The position numbers and the translations under genes were made by a program. The notes beneath the pieces are model-generated. The model worked only from the letters and a program-made list of their open reading frames with translations. It ran no database searches and was not told the origin of the DNA. This document shows positions 10,549 through 21,718 of a stretch of DNA of 64,000 nucleotides, in pieces. The first letter of the stretch is position 1. Every line of letters begins with the position of its first letter. The stretch is from Yuukianura sp. NJ FZ-2021 (Eukaryota). The stretch is taken from the NCBI GenBank assembly GCA_046563655.1, contig CM102286.1, positions 6,944,001-7,008,000 on the forward strand, given 5' to 3'.

Positions 10549-13486
10549 ATGTATCGACTACCGTTATTAGCTCGACAAATCGCTGCTGCTCGTGTCCATC
10601 CAGCGGCAGCATCAATCCTTTCCTCCCACGCCTCAGTTGCCTCGAATCAACAAAGGTACTACGCCAAAGATGTCCGATTTGGGTCTGACGTTCGACATCA
10701 AATGTTGCAAGGCGTTGACATCCTGGCTGACGCCGTTGCAGTGACAATGGGACCAAAGGTAAGGGAAAGTACTATATTTATGTTGGCAAATTACGTTGGA
10801 ATGGGTTTAAGTATTTTGAATGTTTTAGGGGCGAAATGTTATTATTGAGCAATCCTGGGGCTCACCTAAAATCACAAAGGACGGAGTGACTGTCGCAAAA
10901 GCGATTGAATTGAAGGACAAGTTTCAAAATATTGGTGCCAAATTGGTCCAGGATGTTGCCAACAATACTAACGAAGAAGCTGGAGATGGTACCACCACTG
11001 CTACTGTACTTGCCCGGGCAATTGCCAAAGAGGGTTTTGAGACCATTAGTAAAGGAGCTAACCCAATTGAGATTCGACGAGGAGTTATGATGGCTGTCGA
11101 ACAAGTCATTTCTGATTTGAAGAAGATGTCGAAGAATGTGGAAACACCGGAGGAAATCGCACAAGTAGCAACTATTTCTGCCAATGGTGACACCAAAGTT
11201 GGTAGTCTTATCTCAGAAGCAATGAAGAAGGTAAACAGTTTCTAAGTTTTCAACTTAACTCCTAGTACCGTAAATGCTCTAATATAAGCGCGCCGCTTAT
11301 AAGAATTCTCGGCCTTTCGGGCGCGCTTCTATTGGAATACTACTCATTACCGGAATAATGAACAAGTTTACGTGAGGATAAATTTAATTTAATACTTTGG
11401 GTTAATTAATAATTAACTTTGTGTCACTGTTGCTTTTTTCAAACCTTTGAAGCAGTGTGGTCGCATGGATAAAATATTTCTTCCACCTACAACAAATTAG
11501 ATGGAAGTACTATCCAATTCTATCCATTTCTTCCGGATGAAACCGGATGAAATATAATTAATTATCCAGTGGATATCCACTTGACGAAACGTCAAAGAGG
11601 ATATCTAGCAACACTGTTTTTAAGATGAAGTTAATCTTTTCATCTACGTTCCCTCAGGATGTAGATTTGTCCCGAAGAGTTGGAACGATTTTTGATTTGG
11701 TCATTTGACATTCCATTTCACAATGAAATAAAATTCATTCCAAATAACCTTAAAGTTAGTTAAGTTGTTGCCAGGTTTATCTTTTTGATTCAGACAACTA
11801 AAGACTTGTGTCCGAAGTGAGCCGCGGTACTAGCGGCGGTATTAGTAGTGGCGTACTAAACGACTGGTAACATTACGACTGAATTCGAACGGTCGTATTT
11901 TTGGTTCCACCATTTTCAAAAGGAAACGGCATGTAGTAAACGCTACAGTTTGATTTGAGTCAAATTAGTAAAGACATTAATTCCAACAGAGGATGTCACT
12001 TTGCTCTAGCCTCTGTTTTAAACTCAAGTTAGCTACCGCGCTTATATGGCAATTTGCCCCCGCTCAAACCGCGCTTGCATTAGAGTATGCGCTTATATTA
12101 GAATACGCGCTTGCATTAGAGCATTTACGGTACTATTAATTTTCACAGAACCCTCAGGTGATAAACGTACGTTGATAATTCACAGGTTGGGCGGGACGGT
12201 GTCATCACTGTCAAAGATGGAAAGACCCTCAATGATGAATTGGAAGTTATTGAAGGCATGAAGATCGACCGTGGTTATATTTCCCCATACTTTATCAACA
12301 CTGCAAAGGGAGCCAAGGTTGAATTCCAAGATTCGCTGATCCTCTTTTCGGAAAAGAAAATTTCATCAGTTCAATCGATTATTCCTGCCTTGGAACTCGC
12401 TAATACGCAGAGGAAGCCGTTGGTAATCATTGCTGAAGATGTCGACGGAGAGGCACTTTCCACACTTGTTGTCAACCGGTTAGTCCGCACTATATGTAAA
12501 TGCATTGAATGCTGTAGCGGATCGTAGAAATTTTATTTGAATGTCTTGATTTAGAATTAAAATCGGACTACAAATCGCTGCTGTCAAAGCTCCAGGCTTC
12601 GGAGATAACCGCAAAAACACTCTACAAGATATGGCCATCTCGTCTGGCGGCATTGTGTTCGGAGATGATGCTGATCTTGTCAAATTGGAAGATGTCCAGC
12701 TGAGCGACTTTGGAAGAGTTGGTGAAATTGTTATCACAAAGGATGATTGTCTCATTCTCAAGGGACATGGCAAAGCAGAGGATATTGCACGACGCGTCGA
12801 AGCCATCAAAGATCAAATTAAGGAGACTAATTCCGAATACGAAAAGGAGAAATTGCAAGAGCGCTTGGCTCGTCTCTCTTCAGGTTAGATTTCAACTTTA
12901 AGGAAATGAAGCGATTGCTAATGCTAATGCTAATTTCATACCTACCTCTTTAGGTGTCGGAGTTCTCAAAGTTGGTGGAGCCAGTGAAGTTGAAGTCAAC
13001 GAGAAGAAAGACCGAGTGAACGACGCTTTGAATGCTACGCGTGCTGCTGTTGAGGAAGGAATTGTTCCCGGTGGTGGTACTGCTCTTCTCCGATGCTTGA
13101 AAGGACTCCAGAATCTTCCAACTGCCAACCCTGATCAAGCTATTGGAATCGAGATTGTCCGAAAGGCATTGAGACAACCATGCATCACAATCGCTCGTAA
13201 TGCTGGAGTCGACGCATCTCTTATCGCAGCTAAAGTAGAAGAGTCCGCTGAACACAACTTTGGATATGACGCCATGAACAACAAGTTCGTGAACATGATC
13301 GACGCTGGAATCATTGACCCGACCAAAGTTGTGCGTACAGCTCTTATGGATGCAGCTGGAGTTGCCTCACTTCTGACCACCGCAGAAGCTGTCGTTACTG
13401 AAATTCCAAAGGAGGAGAAGGATATGGGTGGAATGGGCGGCATGGGAGGAATGGGTGGCATGGGAGGGATGGGCGGCATGATGTAA
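10549..13486 (+). CDS. Hsp60: 60 kDa mitochondrial chaperonin (exons 10549-10758, 10829-11230, 12186-12478, 12555-12883, 12954-13486)
   Basis: Mitochondrial presequence followed by [32 protein letters not shown] and a C-terminal (GGM)n tail. Confidence 0.98.
11268..12130. mobile_element. MITE (Tc1/mariner-pogo type, TA target) in an Hsp60 intron
   Basis: Left TA|CCGTAAATGCTCTAATATAAGCGCG and right CGCGCTTGCATTAGAGCATTTACGG|TA form a 25-bp TIR with 2 mismatches. Subterminal CGCGCTT..ATTAGA repeats are present. Confidence 0.85.
11453..11616. mobile_element. Short hAT-like MITE nested inside the TA-MITE
   Basis: Ends CAGTGTGG...CAACACTG with flanks CTTTGAAG/TTTTTAAG (possible decayed 8-bp TSD). 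The internal GGAT/ATCC-rich sequence is shared with 50588-50698. Confidence 0.6.
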
Positions 13487-16037
13487 ACTTGTAGTTCCAG
13501 AAGAGACAGTTAGCTTTTTAAATTACCGTTGCCTCCCAAAGAAATAGATCCAGACAGTTTTGTATTGTCCTACTCAAAGACTTTAACTTAAGAATACAAT
13601 TATTAAAGTCATTAGTTTGTTTATTGAAGAAGGATGTCATTTGCAACAGTGTTGATTTGATTCACGATGCCACTCAATTGGGAGTACATGGCGGACTTAA
13701 TTTCTGGGTTTGCTTTGTTCATACTTCGAACTTGATTTTCCCTCAACCTTAGTAAGTGGTTTATTTCGCCCACAGTTAAAAGCGTCAGCGATGGCTACTT
13801 TATGTATCCGGATTGTCTGTCTGTCTGTCCGCCTCAGAAACGGCTCAACATTGCCTGTTTTAATCATATGTAGTCGAAAGCCTAGTATCATTCCAGTTAG
13901 TGGTCCAAGCGCTTATGTGGGACAGGAATGCACAGGGTAGACGCCTGCGCTGTAACTCCAGGTAGGCTTTGCCATGAAATTCTCTCTGTAGAATAGCTGT
14001 CAAACATTCCTCGACATTAACAGAAACAACACACTTTGAATGTGTAGCGCTATTTTTGTTTGATTTATACCGCCTACTTTTTGTACCTAAAGACTGTAAA
14101 CGGATTATGTAAGCGACAACGTCGGAGAGAAGTCCTGAACGTACCTCAGTTCGCATGGCACTCCTGTTTGTTTGTACTGTTGGAGTTGGACGCTTGGAAT
14201 TGTTATAGTAGTTTACGCGCTGACATCATCCGACTCCGCTCGTCCTGGAAGGAAAAGGTTACTCCGTTGTTTGGGTTGTGACTTTCTCTTTCAGTTTGCA
14301 TCCAGCTTTCACTCGGTATAGGTGACTCCACCTTTCTCCCGCATTTTTCTTACACTTTCCAAAATTTCCCAGCAGCAGTGCAATTAGTTTTGTGGACTGC
14401 GTTATGTGACCCTGTGGTGTAATTCTGAAACTTAACAAGTGCGGTGCCAAAATAAAATGTTCAAAAGCCTACCAGCCAGTTCAGAAAAATTACACTCATC
14501 CTGATCTAGCATCTTTCACCAAGGTAAATTTTTTCTTGCAAAATGATATACAGACAATATAAGTTCAAAATTTCATTTCGTTTTATTTTCTGTCTTGCGA
14601 AAATTTGAAACTTATTTTGGTTAAATGGAAATTATGGAAATATTTCTTAAAAAATATGAAATGTAGGGAACAACGTTCGAGCATACCTTTAGTGAAAGTC
14701 AATTATACAGTAACTCCTAAATCTTAAAGAGACCGTCATGAGCCAACTTTTTTTTTGCGTTCTTTTCTTAAAAATAGGTTGCGCAAGCGCAATTCAGTGT
14801 TCCGGAACTGTCCTCGATCCGTGGTTTTGGAATATTGTCATAATGTTAGGGAAGCCTTGGAAGAAATGAATGGAGACATAAAATTGATGTAGGTCACCAG
14901 ATAAAATCCGAGAAAGTTCCTCTCCATTCCAACTTTTCTTCAAAAGAAAAGAAATCTTTTGTATTTTATCTCCACGAAGCAAACCTAACCAGATAGTTTT
15001 CCGTCCGTAGTTTTTTATTCTTCACCTGTTCCCACGCTGTTCCGATCACACATATATAATTCAATTTTCAATTTCGATTTCCTAAATACAATTCTTGTAA
15101 GAAAGAAAAGAGAAAAGCCTACGAAGATTGTTTCAAAAAACAGATTGACTTTTCCAAGGAATAAGTTGAAACAACTACAAGCATTCCGGACTAAGGTAGA
15201 TCATTTTTTTAAAAGTAGGTTGTGCTAGATTTACACAAAAAAAAACGTGAATCGACACAAACAGCAGGAATTTCTTTCTCGGCCGTGCTAGTGCTTTTAG
15301 TGAATGTCGCAACTGACGTCTTGACATCGGAACGTTTAAGAACAACTGGAGAACAGAAAATCCGTAGCAGTTCAAAAGCAACTGAATCCAATACCGCAGT
15401 GAGTAGTGACGTGATAAGTATCATTGAAACGTAAAATCTGAATTGAAAAAGTCTGTCCTATGCCTACTCCTGGTTCAGAGTCTTTTAGCACAGTACTTGG
15501 TCGTTGCGTAGCCATTTTTTCTATCAGATCCTTCATGCCGTCAAATAAAAGAAGAAACTGACGCCGTTTCTTGGGTTTCATGACAGACTCCTGATTCAGC
15601 ATGATTTCAACTTCAATTGTTGTTTCTACATTTAAATTGAATGTGATCATTTTGAAACAAAGCGCTACAAAATGTATGCGAAAAATATGAAGCATCTCTG
15701 ACAACTACATATAAACTTATTGTTCTTGTCCGTCTGTGCGTCCCCCAAAGTAATGACTTCACGTAACACTGGACAAAATTTTTAGTTTTTATAAACCAAT
15801 TGCTTTCGGTTCAACTAAATTAAATCCCTATTTGGGTTTTGAGGACTCCCTTCTACTGGAAGACTCTAAGGTCAAACAGCGCCATCTCTTCTTGAAACCT
15901 AATGAATGATGTTGATGGATTTGCGACTCCATCCTGATTTTGACTTATTTATTGGCACGTTGTTTGAGTAATTCAAAGTTAGATTTAAATACATAACCTT
16001 TGATCGGTTGATGATAACTTAAGAGTAAAACTAAAAG

Positions 16038-16945
16038 TTATGTCCATAACTCAGAACTCGGGAAGTCCATCGTAATCAAATCATTAGTTGATTCCACTTC
16101 TTCTGTTCCCATCATTTCCCCTCCGTCTTTCAAGTGACCGAATCTTTCTTCATGAGCCATTGACGTTGACGCATCAGTGGCATCGCATCCGTCCTCGCAT
16201 CTCTCCATTATGTTTGGGTCAACTTGTTCTTTGTCCTGGTAGAGATTTCTGGCAAAATCTAGTGCTATGTCAGTACCACCATCTTTGCATACGCCTTCAC
16301 ATTTTTCCTGTATGACTGGATCAACTTGTTCTTGGTCCTGGTCAGTGACGAAGTCTGGTTGCAGGTCAATAGTGCCATCGTCGCATCCATCTTCACATCT
16401 TTTCTGTTTGTCTGGGTCAATTTGTTCTTCTTCCTGGTCAAAATTTGTGACAAAGTCTTGTAGTGGGTCAATCCCACCATCAATATACCCATCTTCACAT
16501 CTTTCTCGTATGGCTGGATCAGCTTGACCTTCGTCCTGGTCGAAATAAGTGACAAGGTCTGGTTGTAGGTCAATTCCGCCATCATCGCATCCGTCTTCAC
16601 ATGTTTCCGGTATGCCTGGGTCAACTTGTTCTTTGTCCAGGTCGAAATATGTGACAAGGTCTGGTTGTAGGTCAATTGCACTATCATAGCATCCATCTTC
16701 ACATGTTTCTGGTGTGCCTGGGTCAGCTTGTCCTTTGTCCCGGTCAAAATTTGTGACAAAGTCTTGTGGCGGGTCAATATCACCAGTGGCTGATGAATGT
16801 GTCACGCCTATAAGAGTTTAAGGGTCAATTGTAAATGAGCAATTCGGTCAAAAGATTGAATATCAATGTGTTCTACTACATGTAACTTACAGTGGCCAAA
16901 GAATGTCACAGAGAAACAAAGTAGGAAGAGCGTTAGTTTTTCCAT
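16038..16945 (-). CDS. Secreted acidic repeat protein, CEDGC-family paralogue A (~274 aa; exons 16945-16891, 16807-16038)
   Basis: Signal-peptide exon MEKLTLFLLCFSVTFFGH, phase-1 GTAAGT..TAG intron, then six ~34-aa Asp/Glu-rich repeats ending CEDGCDDGG-like. Confidence 0.85.
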
Positions 16946-17396
16946 GCTTAAATCCTTATTCTTTCAACAAAATTAAATTAGCTGAGAAAGTTTGAATAAA
17001 TTACATTTATGCGTAACCCAATGTCATGACCTAAATAATACAAATAAAAATGCTTCATTTCAAGCTATTAAGAAACAACAATTGAACAATTGTTTTTTGA
17101 ATTCATTAACAACAGTTGTTTTTATTAAACGGGTAGAATTCAATTGAAAAAGTAAAAGTTTCATTTATTAAAAAAAATGGTCAGTTTTTGGAAAAACGGA
17201 ATGAAGGAATCAAAATTTTCAACAACCGAATTCAATTTCAAAGTCCTAATTAAAACAAACACTTTAAGTAGACTCGAATTAAAAGCAACTGTAATTATAC
17301 TTATACTTTCAAAATTGACATCCAACTCAACGGAAAATTATAAATTTATTTTCAAAACCTTATATTATTCAACAGTAACAGGGACAATGGGAGACT

Positions 17397-17901
17397 TCAA
17401 AATAGTGGCAGTCCATCGCAATCACATTGGCAGTTAATTCCGCCCCCTCCATTGCTTCGCGGTACGGGAGGTGGTGGTTTACCTCTCGGCATGACGTTAG
17501 GCTTCGGTGGGTCTTTAATTGGGGTATCAATGTGCTGTGGGTTTGCTATTATCTTGTCACCCGGCTTTTGGCCAGCCTTAGGTGGGCCACCTTTAGGCGG
17601 GGCCTTGGGCATGGATTTGGATGCAGGAGCAGCGCCACCATCTCCGCATCCGTCCTCGCATCTTTTCTTCCTGTCTTCCTCAGGTCCTTCTTCCTCCCTG
17701 TCAAACACCGAGGGAAATTCATGTAGTGGGTTAATTCTGCCAGCAGCCGACGAATTCTGCACGCCTGAAGGTTGTAAAAACAATTAGCGAACATGTCAAC
17801 CATTCAGCAACTGAACGAATTAATAAACTGGTCGTTTGTTGTAACTTACAAATTGCAGCCAGCACAACAGAGAAACAGAGAAAGAGCGATGACTTTCCCA
17901 T
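17397..17901 (-). CDS. Secreted Pro/Gly/Lys-rich protein, CEDGC-family paralogue B (~139 aa; exons 17901-17850, 17764-17397)
   Basis: Signal exon MGKSSLFLCFSVVLAAI, phase-1 intron, acidic segment, RKKR|CEDGCGDGG, Pro/Lys-rich middle, C-terminus CQCDCDGLPLF. Confidence 0.85.
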
Positions 17902-18400
17902 TTTGACGACTTACTTTTCGTTAGTTAACAAGAGAAATACTAGAGATACTACGGGAAATGTTTTGGTCCATTATATACACAACTGCGCTGACCTAAATAA
18001 ACCAAATCACAATGCTTTCAATCAATAATTAGAAAACTGGTGTTGGACAATGGCGCTTGGAATTTAACACCAATTGTTCAACTGAATGACTGAATGTGGA
18101 TGCAATTGAGAAAGTAAAAGTTATATCACTAAAAATGAAAGTTTAAATGCTATTACTTTCTAGAAAATAAGATCGAAGAATCGCATTTATTTTAGTGCAT
18201 TGTATTTGGTCTATGCGAACGGTAGTATTATTAAATGACTGGCCTTATCTTGGCTTACCAGATCGTCGTATGGAAAAACAGTGAAAACGAATGTCTTGTA
18301 GTTACTTTGCTTTTACTATGAGTTTAAGAAAATTACTTCCGCGTCCATCTAAGCTAAACGTAAGCCCTCCAAATTGACAGGCTAATTTTTATGTAATTTG

Positions 18401-18589
18401 CAGAGACGTCAAACATATGTGCTTAAAACCCCCGAAATATGGACAAAAAAATATGTTTTTTAAAAATAGCCCAAATATTTACTTATTTAACAAATGGGCA
18501 AATGAATAAATATTTAGAAACGAAAACCCCCCAAATATTTTTTTTGTTAACATTACGGGCATGGAGACTAAATATGTTTGACATCCCTG
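18401..18589. mobile_element. hAT-type MITE (189 bp)
   Basis: TIRs CAGAGACGTCAAACATAT / ATATGTTTGACATCCCTG match at 16/18. An exact 8-bp TSD GTAATTTG lies at 18393-18400 and 18590-18597. Confidence 0.88.
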
Positions 18590-18835
18590 GTAATTTGGGT
18601 TCTTATTTATTTATATTTCATACATAAATTTTACTCACAATTGGTAAACACGTAGTAGTCGAAAAAAAAATGGCAATCTGGCTAAAAAAACTTATGTTTT
18701 ATTTTATTTATCTTTAACATCCGTGGTTACTTGAAATTGTAACTTTCATTATGACATTCTGTACTTCTAAGGTTAACAGTTTTTCAACGCATTTGAACAG
18801 TAAAGCATTAGAACACGAAATTAAATTTTAAAAAG

Positions 18836-19415
18836 TTATGTTTGAGACCGGCCTGTGCAAATGCATTGACAAGTCGTTCCGCTTCCACCTTGATTTCCTG
18901 TAGGAAAGCCACCAACCGCCTCTTTTTCTTTGTCGGGAAATCGCGGATCGTAACCACCTCTAGATTGTATTGCGGGTTTCCCACCGCTGGGCCCACCACC
19001 CAGCAAATTTTTTTCTTTGTCGGGAAATCGCGGATCGTAACCACCTCTAGGTTGTACTGTGGGTTTCCCACCAATGGGCCTACCACCAACCGAATTTTTT
19101 TCTTTCTCGGGAAATCGCGGATCGTGACCACCTTTAGGTTGTACTGCGGGTTTCGCACCTCCATCCGCGCAGCCATCTTCGCATCTTTTTGTTCTATCTG
19201 CCTCAGAGTCTTGTTCCATGTCAAACATTGATGGCAGGTCAGGTTGAAAGTCAACGAACGACTTTGGCACGCCTGTGAACGTTTTTAGAACAGTTAGTAA
19301 GTGTTGGCCTGAGTGAATAACTCAATGCGTTATTAAACATTTCAATTCAAAGTAACTTACAATTTGCAACAAATACCGTAGAAATCCATAGCGTGAAGAG
19401 CAGAATGTTTTTCAT
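18836..19415 (-). CDS. Secreted Gly/Pro/Lys repeat protein, CEDGC-family paralogue C (~163 aa; exons 19415-19361, 19272-18836)
   Basis: Signal exon MKNILLFTLWISTVFVAN, phase-1 intron, RTKR|CEDGCADGG, three 29-aa repeats (GGKP..Q..GG[YH]DPRFP[DE]KEK), C-terminus CQCICTGRSQT. Confidence 0.85.
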
Positions 19416-20512
19416 TTCTTTTACCTTCAATTAGCTAAAACAAATTAAGCTGAAACAAATTATGTTTTGGTAAGGAGAAATGTTTTGGTCCGTTATATAT
19501 GCAACTTTGTTGACCTAAATAATTTCCCTAACAATGATTCCGATCAAGGACTTAGAAAACTAGCATTTGAAATCACTTACTAGAATTGAATACGAATTGT
19601 TAGACTGAACGGAACGCGTGGATGCAATTGAGAAAGTAAGAGTTATGTCGTTAAAAAATGGAAATTCATATGCTTATACTTGCGGGAGAACATATACAAT
19701 TTGAAGAATGAAAGTATCCAAGGCCATTGGGCATTGAAATGCATCATAGAATACCAGGTACTACCACAACATAATACTAATTGGTTTCGAAGAGAAAATG
19801 AGTGAAAGTGCAATGTTTCTAAGTTACATTCAATGTGACGTCACTCAAACCTCTTTCAGTTTTACCCCAAAATCCACACTTTTAAAACGGTGTACATAAG
19901 TAGCGAATGCTGGCGTTGCGTTACAGAACGGCTGATTATATCGGCATACAAGGTGACCATTGACCTGGTAGAAGGTCACCCTGGGTCACATGATGTCCAC
20001 ATACGTTGTTTATCTCGACCTTGAAAGAACAAATTTTGTGTAAGCCATCGATCTTCCACTTCACTGGGGGATAAAATCGGTTGCCCCCGACCTTTGACGC
20101 GCAAGGAAGTTAGGTTTCGAATGAACAGTGAGCATCCCATTGCCATAATGTGTTCAGCGGTGACAACAGACGTTGGAAACATTGAGCCGCCAGGGATAAT
20201 CCACGTACAACCGGCAAGAGGGGTAGACAGACATACAAGGTCAAACTATGAACTAACTTTTGCTACGTAATGATCCATAAATCAACCGTTTTTTTTTTCA
20301 AAAAAAAAATTTTAAGTAAATGTGACACCCTTAAGGAAAAAGTTACCGTGGATAATAGACAGTACATAACAAGATGACAATCGAATTACAAAATATATGA
20401 TTTATTAGTATTTGCTATTGTTTGAATTCATATTCACACAAAAAACTTGAGTTCCTTCCAATGTCTTTATGATGTATTTAAACAGTATTTCTGGGTACTT
20501 AATTCAAGGAAG

Positions 20513-20963
20513 TTAAAATAGTGGAAGTCCATCGCAATCACATTGACAGTGAATTCCGCCTCCATCACCATTGCTTCGGGACAGTGATTTACCTAGAGTA
20601 GACTTGCCCATGGGCTTCATTTGGGAATTTGGTTTGGGTGGAGGAATTCCACCTACTGTTCTACCACCCTTAACTGGGCCCTTTGACTTTCCTGAGGGAG
20701 CAGGAGCACCAGCACCATCGCATCCATCCTCGCACCTCTTCTTTCTGTCAGGGTCTTCTTCTCCTTGGCGTAGGCCAGAGGCCGAGGAACGATCGTATGG
20801 CTTTGGTTTAATTCCGTTCAAAGCTGACGAACTCTGAATACCTGCAACAGATTCAAAGTAACTCTTAAAACTGTCCAACCAATCAATAAAATTGTTTCTA
20901 GTACTTACAGAGCCCAATGAGCACCACAGACACGCATACTCGGATGAGCGTTGATTTCTCCAT
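20513..20963 (-). CDS. Secreted Pro/Gly/Lys-rich protein, CEDGC-family paralogue D (~127 aa; exons 20963-20909, 20841-20513)
   Basis: Signal exon MEKSTLIRVCVSVVLIGL, phase-1 intron, RKKR|CEDGCDG, C-terminus CQCDCDGLPLF identical to paralogue B. Confidence 0.85.
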
Positions 20964-21718
20964 TTGAAAATACTACCTGCTTGGATGAATTTTATAAGTT
21001 GTGAGGGTGCGGAAGAGGTTCTGTGACATTTTATACAAACTGAAGATGACCTAAATCATTGAAATTACAATGCTTCTAAGAAAGAAATTAGAAAATTACT
21101 GTACAAGGCTGCGGTTCGAGGGCGATATCCCAATTGTTTTGAATGGAAAATATTAGCTTTCAATTGATAAAGTAAAAGTTGTCATTGGAAAATGAAAAAT
21201 CGAATCAAATTTTATTTCAGGGACATTATAGAAAGTTTTTTTCGAATGACGAAAACAATATAAAGACTCCGTAACTCAAGTAATACTCGCTTTTTTGCAA
21301 ATTAATATGTAATTAATTAATCAAAGTTTGATGTAGTTTCTCAATCTAGAACACTCAACTTAAATTTTTCTCGAAAAAAAAACTCTCGTAACTTTAAGCA
21401 CCATAGAGAACGCATGTAAAATTTGGTGCTGACATGGATGTCAAAAAGCAACAGTTTGAAACACTGCTCAAATTAAATAAAATATTTGACATTTGACAAC
21501 ATTTTGAACCTTGTCTGACTCGATATGAGTGGTTTTGCATTACATGGTCAGGTGAAAGTTTGTTGTAGCAAGGAAAAGTTAAGTATACCTCATTTTGGTC
21601 ATGTCACAGTATGACATGACCATAGGTACTCCCCTTCTAACGAAGTGATGAAAGTTTAATTTTGAATTTGGTTTCTGACGTTAGATTCCCGCCGGGGCAA
21701 GTGACTGGCCGAAGAAGG

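Noticed and set aside
10862..13479. Antisense ORFs over Hsp60 (similar ones overlie Xdh, echinoid and the CEDGC genes)
   Set aside because: Shadow frames of real coding exons.
13690..15710. Scattered 60-110 aa ORFs downstream of Hsp60
   Set aside because: I could not join them into a consistent spliced model and saw no recognisable domain. A degraded gene, transposon or lncRNA cannot be excluded.
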